Program-made: the position numbers and the translations under genes
Notes under the pieces: generated by a model
Databases searched by the model: none
Seen by the model: only the letters and a program-made list of their open reading frames with translations
Told to the model about the DNA's origin: nothing
In this document: positions 7,867 through 17,169 of the stretch, one piece after another
How the letters are laid out: each line of letters opens with the position of its first letter
How positions within the stretch are numbered: the first letter of the stretch is position 1
Source of the DNA: Rhodanobacteraceae bacterium
Lineage (GTDB): Bacteria; Pseudomonadota; Gammaproteobacteria; Xanthomonadales; Rhodanobacteraceae
Assembly: GCA_036380855.1 (NCBI GenBank)
Contig: DASVDY010000093.1
Location: 1-40,294, forward strand
Direction: 5' to 3'
DNA: 40,294 nucleotides

Positions 7867-8331
7867 ATGGACGACACCGACCACGCCGCGCTGTCGGCAC
7901 GGTTGCAGGACTACATCCTCGAACACATTCCGCTGGCGCGCACGATGGCGTTGCGCGCCGCGCGCTACGACGGCGCGGAGCTGGAGCTGACCGCGCCGCT
8001 TGCGCCCAACATCAACGACAAGGGTTGCGCCTTCGGCGGCAGCATGGCTTCGCTGATGACGCTCGCGGGCTGGGGGCTGGTGGAGCTGGCGTTGCGTGCG
8101 CGCGGGATCGAGTGCGACATCTACGTCGGCGATTCGACGATCCGCTATCGCGAGCCGCTGTTCGGCGAATTGCGCGCCACCGCACGGTTCGCCGAAGCCG
8201 ACGCGCTCGGGGTCTTCCTGAAGACCCTGGATGCCCGCGGCAAGGCGCGCATCCAGGTCGCCTGCGCGATCGCCGGCGACCGGCAGGATGCGGCCACGCT
8301 GGAGGCGGCGTTCGTCGCCAAGGCGCACTGA
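7867..8331 (+). CDS. YiiD_C-type (hotdog fold) putative thioesterase
   Basis: 154 aa starting MDDTDHAALSARLQDYILEHIPLARTMAL..., with NDKGCAFGGSMASLMTLAGWG typical of the YiiD C-terminal thioesterase domain. It corresponds to the last part of track ORF 6916..8331. Confidence 0.7.
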   Translation: MDDTDHAALSARLQDYILEHIPLARTMALRAARYDGAELELTAPLAPNINDKGCAFGGSMASLMTLAGWGLVELALRARGIECDIYVGDSTIRYREPLFGELRATARFAEADALGVFLKTLDARGKARIQVACAIAGDRQDAATLEAAFVAKAH

Positions 8332-8399
8332 GCGCCCTGTCGCGACCCGGCGGCGCGGATTGATGCACAATCGGCGCAACCTTGCCGCGGGAGTTCCCC

Positions 8400-8816
8400 A
8401 TGCGCCGTCTCGTCGCCGCCCTCGCATTCGCCGCGCTGATCGCCGGCTGCGCCAATATCTCCACGCACGCCAAGGACCAGGCCCGCGACGAGGCACTCGC
8501 GCACTACGCCGCCACCTTGCGCTTCGGCGATTTCGCCAGCGCCTGGCAGTTCGTGGACCCGAAGGTGCGCGCCGAACATCCGCTGGATGCCGCGGCAAGG
8601 GCGCGCTACGGCGCGGTGGAGGTCGGCGGCTACGAAACAGATGGACCCAGCGCGATTGACGCGGACACAATCGAGCAGACCGCGCGGATCAGCCTGATCG
8701 TCAAGTCCAGCCAGACGTCCTACGATGTCGTGGACCATCAGGTCTGGAAGTACGACGCCACCGCGAAACACTGGTGGCTGGAATCGGGGCTGCCGGACAT
8801 CACGCCCGGGCACTGA
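8400..8816 (+). CDS. Lipoprotein of unknown function
   Basis: MRRLVAALAFAALIAGC carries a lipobox (IAGC). The start is placed at ATG 8400. Confidence 0.65.
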   Translation: MRRLVAALAFAALIAGCANISTHAKDQARDEALAHYAATLRFGDFASAWQFVDPKVRAEHPLDAAARARYGAVEVGGYETDGPSAIDADTIEQTARISLIVKSSQTSYDVVDHQVWKYDATAKHWWLESGLPDITPGH

Positions 8817-8875
8817 GCGGCGGTTCGCGTTGACCGCGCGCATGGCCGATAATGCGCGACCGCCCGTCGCCCACC

Positions 8876-9325
8876 ATGCCCATGAACGACATCCTGCCGC
8901 GCATCCCGCAATTCATCGCCCACCATCCGCTGCTGATTGCGGCCTTCGTCGTGATCGTGCTGGCGCTGATCGGACTGGAGGGCACGCGGCGGTTTCGCGG
9001 TTTCAAGGAGCTGACGCCCGCCGGTCTCACCCAACTGATCAACCGGAACGACGCGCTGGTGATTGATGTCTCCCCGATCGCCGATTTCGAGAAGGCGCAT
9101 GTGCCCGGCTCGCGACACATCGCGCCCAGCCAGTTCGATCCGGAGAACAAGGAGCTGAAGAAGGTGCGCGAGCTGCCGGTGGCGATCGTCTCGCGCAACG
9201 GCGCCGAATCGGAGAAGGCCGCGCGCCGGCTGGTCAAGGCCGGCTTCACCCGCGTGTACACGCTGTCCGGCGGCATCGAGGCGTGGCGCCGCGCGGACCT
9301 GCCGCTGGCCAAGGGTCGAGGCTGA
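8876..9325 (+). CDS. Membrane-anchored rhodanese-domain protein
   Basis: An N-terminal TM helix (HPLLIAAFVVIVLALIGL) is followed by a rhodanese fold (VIDVSPIADFEKAHVPGSRHI ... VAIVSRNGAESEKAARRLVKAGFTRVYTLSGGIEAW). The start is ambiguous between 8852, 8876 and 8882. Confidence 0.75.
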   Translation: MPMNDILPRIPQFIAHHPLLIAAFVVIVLALIGLEGTRRFRGFKELTPAGLTQLINRNDALVIDVSPIADFEKAHVPGSRHIAPSQFDPENKELKKVRELPVAIVSRNGAESEKAARRLVKAGFTRVYTLSGGIEAWRRADLPLAKGRG

Positions 9326-9359
9326 GCGCAGTCGCAAGCTGTCGCCTGCGAGCAGGCTC

Positions 9360-10076
9360 CTACAGCTCCTCGATTCCGGTCACCTTCGCGCGCCGCATCA
9401 GCCAGCCCACGCCGCGCAGGTCGGCCAGGCCCACCCACAGGCGATCGAGCATCCCGTACTTGGACACGCCGCGCGTGCGCGGACGGTGTCCGACCGGCAC
9501 GCTGACGCTCTCGAAGCCCGCGCGTTTCACCAGCGCCGGCAGGTAGCGGTGCATGTGGTCGAAGTAGGGCAGGATCAGGAAGGTCTCGCGTTCGAACAAC
9601 TTCAGGCCGCAGCCGGTATCGGGCGTGGCGTCGCGCAGCATGCGCGAACGCACCCCGTTGGCGATCTTCGAGGAGATGCGCTTGTTGAAGGTGTCGCGGC
9701 GCGTGGTGCGCCAGCCGGCGAACAGCTTGATCTCGGGTTTGGCCTGCGCGCGCGCATCCAGCAGCTTCGGGATGTCGGCCGGATCGTTCTGGCCGTCGCC
9801 GTCGAGCGTGGCGATCCACTTTCCGCGCGCGGCGCGCACGCCGTTCCAGATGGCCGTGCTCTGGCCGCTCTGCTTCAGATGTTTGACGATGCGCAGTTCC
9901 GGATGGCGCGAGCGCTCGGCCTGCAGCACCGCCAGCGAATCGTCGGAACTGCGGTCGTCCACATAGACGACTTCGTAGTCCACGCGGCCGCGCAGGGCGG
10001 CAGCGATTTCGGCCAGCAGCGGAGGGATGTTGTCGCGCTCGTTGAACACCGGCACGACGACGGAAAGCTCGGGCAT
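9360..10076 (-). CDS. Family 2 glycosyltransferase (polyprenol-phosphate sugar transferase-like)
   Basis: LSVVVPVFNERDNI, VVYVDDRSSDDS and TLDGDGQNDP (DxD) are GT2/DPM1-like hallmarks. Confidence 0.85.
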   Translation of the reverse strand: MPELSVVVPVFNERDNIPPLLAEIAAALRGRVDYEVVYVDDRSSDDSLAVLQAERSRHPELRIVKHLKQSGQSTAIWNGVRAARGKWIATLDGDGQNDPADIPKLLDARAQAKPEIKLFAGWRTTRRDTFNKRISSKIANGVRSRMLRDATPDTGCGLKLFERETFLILPYFDHMHRYLPALVKRAGFESVSVPVGHRPRTRGVSKYGMLDRLWVGLADLRGVGWLMRRAKVTGIEEL

Positions 10077-10148
10077 TGGCGTAAGGCCCCGGACGGATGA
10101 GCCGCGATTATCGCGTAGAGCTTGCGAACAGGCGAATCGCGCCCTCCA

Positions 10149-10266
10149 ACCCGCCGATGCGAACGATGGCGGGTCGAGACCCGCGCATCGGCGGTTGAGC
10201 CCCGCGCATCGGCGGGTTGAGCCCCGCGCATCGGCGGGTCAAGATCCGCGCATCGGCGGGTCAAGA
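10149..10266. repeat. Tandem ~22-bp palindrome-containing repeat array (4 direct copies, one partial copy, one inverted copy)
   Basis: The unit (A/C)CCCGCGCATCGGCGG(G)T(T/C)(G/A)AG is repeated head-to-tail from 10179 to about 10265. An inverted copy CCCGCCGATGCG lies at about 10150-10163. Each unit contains the 5-bp stem CCCGC/GCGGG. Confidence 0.85.
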
Positions 10267-10272
10267 CCCGCC

Positions 10273-10998
10273 CTACAGTTCCCCGAGCGCCTGCTGCACC
10301 GGCGGTTGCAGGGCATCGCGCAGGGTGCGTTCCACCTGCGCGAAGCCGCGTGCGTCGGCGCCGAGCAGCAGCAGGGTGCCGTGTTCCAGCGGCAGCTCGC
10401 GCCCCTGCCAGCCGGCGTGGTGGAAGTCGCGGGCGTGCGCGAGGCTGCGGCCGACGAAATACAGCGCGGTCACCGGCTCGTTGTTGATGCGGAACACCAG
10501 GTGCACGGTGGGGTGGCGGCCGACGTCGCAGTCGCGCACGAAAACCGCACCCTCCGGCATCGCGTGCAGGTCCACGCCGCGCGCGGCGAAATCGCGGCGC
10601 AGATCGGCATCCGACACCGGTTGCGTTCGCGCCAGCGCGAAGGCTTCGCCGCGCAGGTGCGCCACGCTCATGGCCGGAAGCGGATCGGCTTGCGCGTTGC
10701 GGTTCCAGCCGAAGGTACCCACGCCGACCGCCAGCAGCAGCGACGCCGCCAGCGCCAACCCGACCTGCAAGCGGCGCGTGCGCACGCGCGTGCGCGTGGC
10801 CTGCGCCAGCAGGATGCGTTCGGCCAGGCCCGCCGGCGGCTCGATCGCCAGCGCAGACGCGATGCGCCGCTCCAGGCGTTGCGCACGCCACCACGCCTCG
10901 GTGCAGCCGTCGTGGCAACTGTCGCGGTGGGCGACGAACTCGATTTCGCGCGCGCGCGGTTCGGCTGCGAGCCGGCGCCGGAATTCAAGGCAGTCCAT
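10273..10998 (-). CDS. Anti-sigma factor (DUF3379-like, single TM)
   Basis: The N-terminal zinc-finger-like region is MDCLEFRRRLAAEP...HRDSCHDGC, and there is a central TM helix (LQVGLALAASLLLAVGVGTF). It overlaps the upstream ECF sigma gene by 14 nt. Confidence 0.75.
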   Translation of the reverse strand: MDCLEFRRRLAAEPRAREIEFVAHRDSCHDGCTEAWWRAQRLERRIASALAIEPPAGLAERILLAQATRTRVRTRRLQVGLALAASLLLAVGVGTFGWNRNAQADPLPAMSVAHLRGEAFALARTQPVSDADLRRDFAARGVDLHAMPEGAVFVRDCDVGRHPTVHLVFRINNEPVTALYFVGRSLAHARDFHHAGWQGRELPLEHGTLLLLGADARGFAQVERTLRDALQPPVQQALGEL

Positions 10999-11530
10999 GG
11001 GACGCCTCCTTCTCTTTCATGCTTGCACCATCCTCCAGCACGGTGCGCAGCTTCTGCCGCGCTCGAAAGAGCTGGGTCATCACCGCGCCCGGTTTGCAGC
11101 CGAGCTCGGCCGCGATCTCCTCGCAGGAGAAGCCGCCCAGAACCTGCATCAGCAGCGGCTCGCGGTATTTGGGTTCCAGTTGCAGGATCGCCGCGCGCAC
11201 CTGCGCGTCGGAGCCGGCGCGCTCCGGATCCACCGCCGCGGTGTCCTCCACGAGGTTGTCGTCCAGTTCGCCCAGATCCAGCCGCTTGCGCTCGAAGCCG
11301 CGCGCGTGTTCGCGGCGCAGGATGGTCAGCAGCCACGGCTTGGCGGCCGCGCCATCGCGCAACGAGTCCAGCGCGCGCCAGGCGCGGAGCAGGGTCTCCT
11401 GCACCAGGTCCTGCGCGCGCGCGTCCTCACCGCACAGCCAGTAGGCGAAGCGGTAGAGGTCGTTCGCGTGCGCGCGCACCAGCGCGTCGAATTGGCGTTG
11501 CCTGCTGCCCACTTTGGGAAAGACCGGCAT
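10985..11530 (-). CDS. ECF-type RNA polymerase sigma-70 factor
   Basis: Region 2 (LYRFAYWLCGEDARAQDLVQETLLRAW) and region 4 (FSCEEIAAELGCKPGAVMTQLFRARQKL) are present. Confidence 0.9.
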   Translation of the reverse strand: MPVFPKVGSRQRQFDALVRAHANDLYRFAYWLCGEDARAQDLVQETLLRAWRALDSLRDGAAAKPWLLTILRREHARGFERKRLDLGELDDNLVEDTAAVDPERAGSDAQVRAAILQLEPKYREPLLMQVLGGFSCEEIAAELGCKPGAVMTQLFRARQKLRTVLEDGASMKEKEASHGLP

Positions 11531-11550
11531 GGCGCAGCGTCCCTTTCAAG

Positions 11551-11650
11551 CCTCTTTGACACGGATAAAAGCGGAAAAGTCCGGATAAAGTCGGAAAGCA
11601 GATCGAAAAGACCTATCCGAGTTGATCCGCGTGCATCCGTATCAAAGAGG
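11551..11650. repeat. ~100-nt imperfect palindromic element built from ACGGAT/ATCCG decamers (family shared with 37514-37592)
   Basis: Outer arms CCTCTTTGA (11551-59) and TCAAAGAGG (11642-50) are perfectly complementary, and ACGGAT pairs with ATCCGT just inside them. The segment CGGATAAAAGCGGAA (11562-76) matches the reverse complement of 37559-37573. Confidence 0.65.
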
Positions 11651-11653
11651 ATT

Positions 11654-12514
11654 TCACCGCAATTTGGCCAGCACGCCTTCCAGCTCGTCCGAGCTGTGAT
11701 AGCGGATCGTCAACTTGCCGCGGCCGTTGCGCCCGTGCGCGATCTGCACGCGCGCGCCGAGCTTTTCGCTCAATTCCCGTTCCAGCGCGGCGATGTCGGG
11801 GTCGGCATTCGGCGCCCGCTTCTTTGCCGAAGGCGCCAGTTGCGCCAGTCGTACCGCGTCTTCCAGCTCTCGCACCGACCATTGTTCGGCGGCGGCTTTC
11901 TCGGCCAGCGCGATGGCGCGCGGCGCGGGCAGGGTGCCGAGCGCACGCGCGTGGCCCATTTCGATCCGGCCGTGCTCGAGCAGGCGCCGGATGGCTTCCG
12001 GCAGTTCCAGCAGCCGCAGCAGATTGGTGACGGCCACGCGCGAGCGACCGACCGCATCGGCGGCCTGCTGCTGGGTGAGGTCGAATTCCTCGATCAGGCG
12101 GTGCAATGCCTGCGCTTCTTCCAGCGCGGAGAGTTCCTCGCGCTGGATGTTCTCGATCAGCGCCATCGCCAGCACCGCCTGCGGCGCGACGTCGCGCACC
12201 ACCGCCGGCACTTCGGCGAGGCCCGCCTTCTGCGCGGCGCGCCAGCGGCGCTCGCCGGCGATCAGTTCGAACTTGTCGCGACCCAGCGCGCGCACCACGA
12301 CCGGCTGGATCAGGCCCTGCGCCTTGATCGAGGCGGCAAGCTCGTCGAGTTTCGCCTCGTCCATGTGCTGGCGCGGCTGGTATTTGCCCGGCGCGATCTG
12401 CGTCACCTGCAAGGTTCGCAGTTCCTCGCCGCCGGCTTCCGGTTCGTTCGTGTCGCGGCCGCCCAGCAGCACGTCCAGATCGCGCGAGCCCAGGCCTCTT
12501 CTCTTCGCCGACAT
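11654..12514 (-). CDS. parB: Chromosome partitioning protein ParB
   Basis: The start is placed at ATG 12514 (MSAKRRGLGSRDLDVLLGG). ParB box GERRWRAA and HTH LTQQQAADAVGRSRVAVTNLLRLL are present. The track ORF extends spuriously upstream. Confidence 0.9.
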   Translation of the reverse strand: MSAKRRGLGSRDLDVLLGGRDTNEPEAGGEELRTLQVTQIAPGKYQPRQHMDEAKLDELAASIKAQGLIQPVVVRALGRDKFELIAGERRWRAAQKAGLAEVPAVVRDVAPQAVLAMALIENIQREELSALEEAQALHRLIEEFDLTQQQAADAVGRSRVAVTNLLRLLELPEAIRRLLEHGRIEMGHARALGTLPAPRAIALAEKAAAEQWSVRELEDAVRLAQLAPSAKKRAPNADPDIAALERELSEKLGARVQIAHGRNGRGKLTIRYHSSDELEGVLAKLR

Positions 12515-12522
12515 CGTCGTCC

Positions 12523-13311
12523 TCAGTTGCTCGCGGCGGGAGCGGGCGTGCCGCGCTCGCGGCGGATCATTTCGCCGGCAAGGCCCAGGTAAGCGATCGC
12601 ACCGCGCGACTCGCGGTCGTAAAGGTTGATCGGCTTGCCATGGCTGGGCGCTTCGGCCAGGCGCACGTTGCGCGGGATGATCGAGCGCAGCACCTTGTCG
12701 CCGAAATGCTTCGTGAGCTGCGCGGAGACATCGTTGCCGAGGTTGTTGCGCACGTCGAACATGGTGCGCAGCAGGCCCTCCACTTCCAGTCGCGGATTGA
12801 GCCGCGCGCGCACGGCCTTCACCGTGTCGAGCAGCGAGGTCAGGCCCTCCAGCGCGAAGTATTCGCACTGCACCGGGATCAGCACGCTGTGCGCGGCGGC
12901 CAGCGCGTTCAAGGTCAGCAGGTGCAGCGACGGCGGGCAGTCAATCAGGATGGTGTGGTAGCGGTCGCCCAGCTTGGCGAGCTGTTCCTTCAGGCGCGAC
13001 TCGCGTGCGATCGCGTCCATCAGCTTCAGTTCCGCGGCGGTGAGATCGCGCCCGCCCGGCAGCAGGTCGTAGCCGGCCTCGGTGGGCACGATCGCCGATT
13101 CGATGCTCGCCTCCTCCAGCAGCACCTCGCAGCCGGTGGGGTGCACGTCGCGCTTGTCTATGCCCGAGGCCATCGTGGCATTGCCCTGCGGATCCAGGTC
13201 CACCAGCAGGATCTTGCGCTTGGTTTCGGAAAGCGCGGCGGCGAGATTCACCGCGGTGGTGGTCTTGCCGACCCCGCCTTTCTGGTTGGCGATGGCGATG
13301 ATGCGCGTCAT
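12523..13311 (-). CDS. parA: Chromosome partitioning ATPase ParA (Soj)
   Basis: The start is placed at ATG 13311 (MTRIIAIANQKGGVGKTTTAVNLA), which contains the deviant Walker A motif KGGVGKTT. Confidence 0.9.
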   Translation of the reverse strand: MTRIIAIANQKGGVGKTTTAVNLAAALSETKRKILLVDLDPQGNATMASGIDKRDVHPTGCEVLLEEASIESAIVPTEAGYDLLPGGRDLTAAELKLMDAIARESRLKEQLAKLGDRYHTILIDCPPSLHLLTLNALAAAHSVLIPVQCEYFALEGLTSLLDTVKAVRARLNPRLEVEGLLRTMFDVRNNLGNDVSAQLTKHFGDKVLRSIIPRNVRLAEAPSHGKPINLYDRESRGAIAYLGLAGEMIRRERGTPAPAASN

Positions 13312-13375
13312 GGGATGCAACGGTTCCCCTGAACCTCTGGACAGCGGAACGCGGAGATTAGCATCGCACCGCGAT

Positions 13376-14008
13376 TCACGCCCGGCGGATTTCCACAAGA
13401 TGCCGCTGCGCATCCAGCCCGGGGACGTCCAGCGCGTGGACGGCTTCCACTTTGAAACCGGCCGGCACCTGCGCCAGCTCGGCGGATTCGATCTGGCCCT
13501 TCATCGCCAGCCACACGCCCTCCGGCGCCAGCGCGTGCCCACCCCGGGCCAGCATGTCGGCGAGGCTGGCGAAGGCGCGCGCGGTGATGCAGTCGAACCG
13601 GCCTTGCAGATCCTCGACCCGCACCTGCTCCACCTTCACGTTCGGCAGCGGCAGCGCGCGTGCGGCCTCGCGCAGGAAACGCGCCTTCTTGCCGTTGCTG
13701 TCCACCAGCGTCACTTTCAGCCCGGGCCGGGCGATCGCGAGCGGAATCCCCGGCAGGCCGGCGCCGCTGCCGAGGTCGGCCAGGGTCTGGCCCCGCACGA
13801 ACGGCAGCACGGCCAGCGAGTCCAGCAGATGGCGCGTCACCATCTCGGCCGGGTCGCGCACCGCGGTGAGGTTGTAGGCCTTGTTCCAGCGGACCAGCAG
13901 GTCGAGGTAGTCGAGCAGGCTTGCGCGCGCGCCGGCTGGCAGTTCCAGCCGCAGCGCATGAAGACCGCGCTCGAGCTGCTCGCGCAAGGATTCGTGGGAA
14001 TCGGTCAA
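13376..14008 (-). CDS. rsmG: 16S rRNA (guanine527-N7)-methyltransferase RsmG (GidB)
   Basis: SAM motif DLGSGAGLPGIPLAI is present, and the gene order is rsmG-parA-parB. Confidence 0.9.
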   Translation of the reverse strand: MTDSHESLREQLERGLHALRLELPAGARASLLDYLDLLVRWNKAYNLTAVRDPAEMVTRHLLDSLAVLPFVRGQTLADLGSGAGLPGIPLAIARPGLKVTLVDSNGKKARFLREAARALPLPNVKVEQVRVEDLQGRFDCITARAFASLADMLARGGHALAPEGVWLAMKGQIESAELAQVPAGFKVEAVHALDVPGLDAQRHLVEIRRA

Positions 14009-14014
14009 GGCTAC

Positions 14015-14051
14015 GGCCCCAAAAAACGAAAGCCCGCAATCGGCGGGCTTT
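14015..14051 (-). terminator. Rho-independent terminator downstream of the SPFH gene
   Basis: On the - strand, GAAAGCCCGC-CGAT-(T)GCGGGCTTTC (14027-14051) is followed by a U-run (complement of AAAAAA at 14021-14025 and adjacent bases). Confidence 0.8.
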
Positions 14052-14075
14052 CATCATGTCACGTGCGCAGCTCGA

Positions 14076-14558
14076 TCAGGCGGCCAGGTCCAGCTCCACC
14101 CGGGTCACCAGTACGCCACGCTCGCGCAGGCTGCTGTTCAGCGCCTGCTTGAGGTACAGGTTGCGCGCGCGCAGATCGTTGCCGGTGCCGGTCGCCACTT
14201 CCGGCAAGGCGCCGATCACGCGCGTGCGGATCATGTCGTCGGCACGATCAATCACGGACTCGGCGCGCTCCGGGTCGAGCACCTGCCACCACACCCGGCC
14301 GCGCAGGGTTTCGGCCTGCGGATGGCCTTCCACCTGCACGCGTTCCTCGATTGCGAGGGTGTAGCCGGAAATGCTGATCTTGTGGGCGATGCGCTCGATC
14401 AGCGGCACCACCACGTGCATGCCGGGGGTCAAGGTGCGGGTGGGCTTGCCGAGGCGGCGCAGCGTGTAGACCTGGCCTTCCGGAATCCGCTTGACGCACA
14501 CCGCTGCCAGCAATCCGACTACGGCAAGCAAGCTGAGCAGGGTGAGCGTCGAGAACAT
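14076..14558 (-). CDS. Small SPFH/band-7 domain membrane protein
   Basis: An N-terminal TM helix (FSTLTLLSLLAVVGLLAAV) is followed by the SPFH-like segment RIPEGQVYTLRRLGK...GMHVVVPLIERI. ATG 14558 is preferred over TTG 14597. Confidence 0.55.
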   Translation of the reverse strand: MFSTLTLLSLLAVVGLLAAVCVKRIPEGQVYTLRRLGKPTRTLTPGMHVVVPLIERIAHKISISGYTLAIEERVQVEGHPQAETLRGRVWWQVLDPERAESVIDRADDMIRTRVIGALPEVATGTGNDLRARNLYLKQALNSSLRERGVLVTRVELDLAA

Positions 14559-14655
14559 AATCTTTGAAAATCCGTATCTTGGTGGTTTCTTTTGCAACGC
14601 GACTGCGAAAGGTGGCGCAGCGTTCGGATCGGATAGTGCCTTAATCCTAATTTAA

Positions 14656-16772
<2,117 letters not shown>

Positions 16773-17055
16773 GATCCCCTTCCCGTGGCCTTGGCTGAAT
16801 CCAGTTCAAGCATACACATCTGGCGACGGCGCTCAATCGGGCCCGGCGACGAACTGTCGCAACTGCGAGACGATTCGGCTCTTGCCAGCGCCTGCATCGG
16901 GCCTACCATGAAACCCATTCCTCAGGCGGAATTTCGGCCGGACGGAACAGGGGGTGGCAAGGGACTGCGGCAGGCGCGTGCGTCCGGGACAACGCGCGAG
17001 TTCTTGCCGGGCATGCAGGAAAGCGTGCCGCCACAGCGGCGCGGGACGGCCATCG

Positions 17056-17084
17056 GGAGGGGCGGAAACGCCCCTCCTTTTTTT
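17056..17084 (+). terminator. Strong intrinsic terminator with no upstream + strand gene (leader attenuator or sRNA terminator)
   Basis: GGAGGGGCG (17056-64), a GAAA loop and CGCCCCTCC (17069-77) are followed by TTTTTTT (17078-84). A second T7 run lies at 17093-99. Confidence 0.8.
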
Positions 17085-17169
17085 GTGGGCGGTTTTTTTG
17101 TTCACGCGACGCCCCCATGCTGTCACACGCGCCTGCCATAATCCCCCCGTTCGTCACGAGTCGCTTCGC

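Noticed and set aside
10027-12629. Long + strand ORFs 10027..11559, 10217..12592 (791 aa) and 11715..12629
   Set aside because: They are antisense to the anti-sigma, ECF sigma and parB genes, whose motifs are clear. Their composition is Arg/Ala/Ser-rich with no domains.
16903-17141. 78-aa + strand ORF (MKPIPQAEFRPDG...) as the gene served by the 17056-84 terminator
   Set aside because: The ORF reads straight through the terminator hairpin and T-run, has no SD and has low-complexity Gly/Arg/Pro composition. A non-coding leader or sRNA is the more economical explanation.
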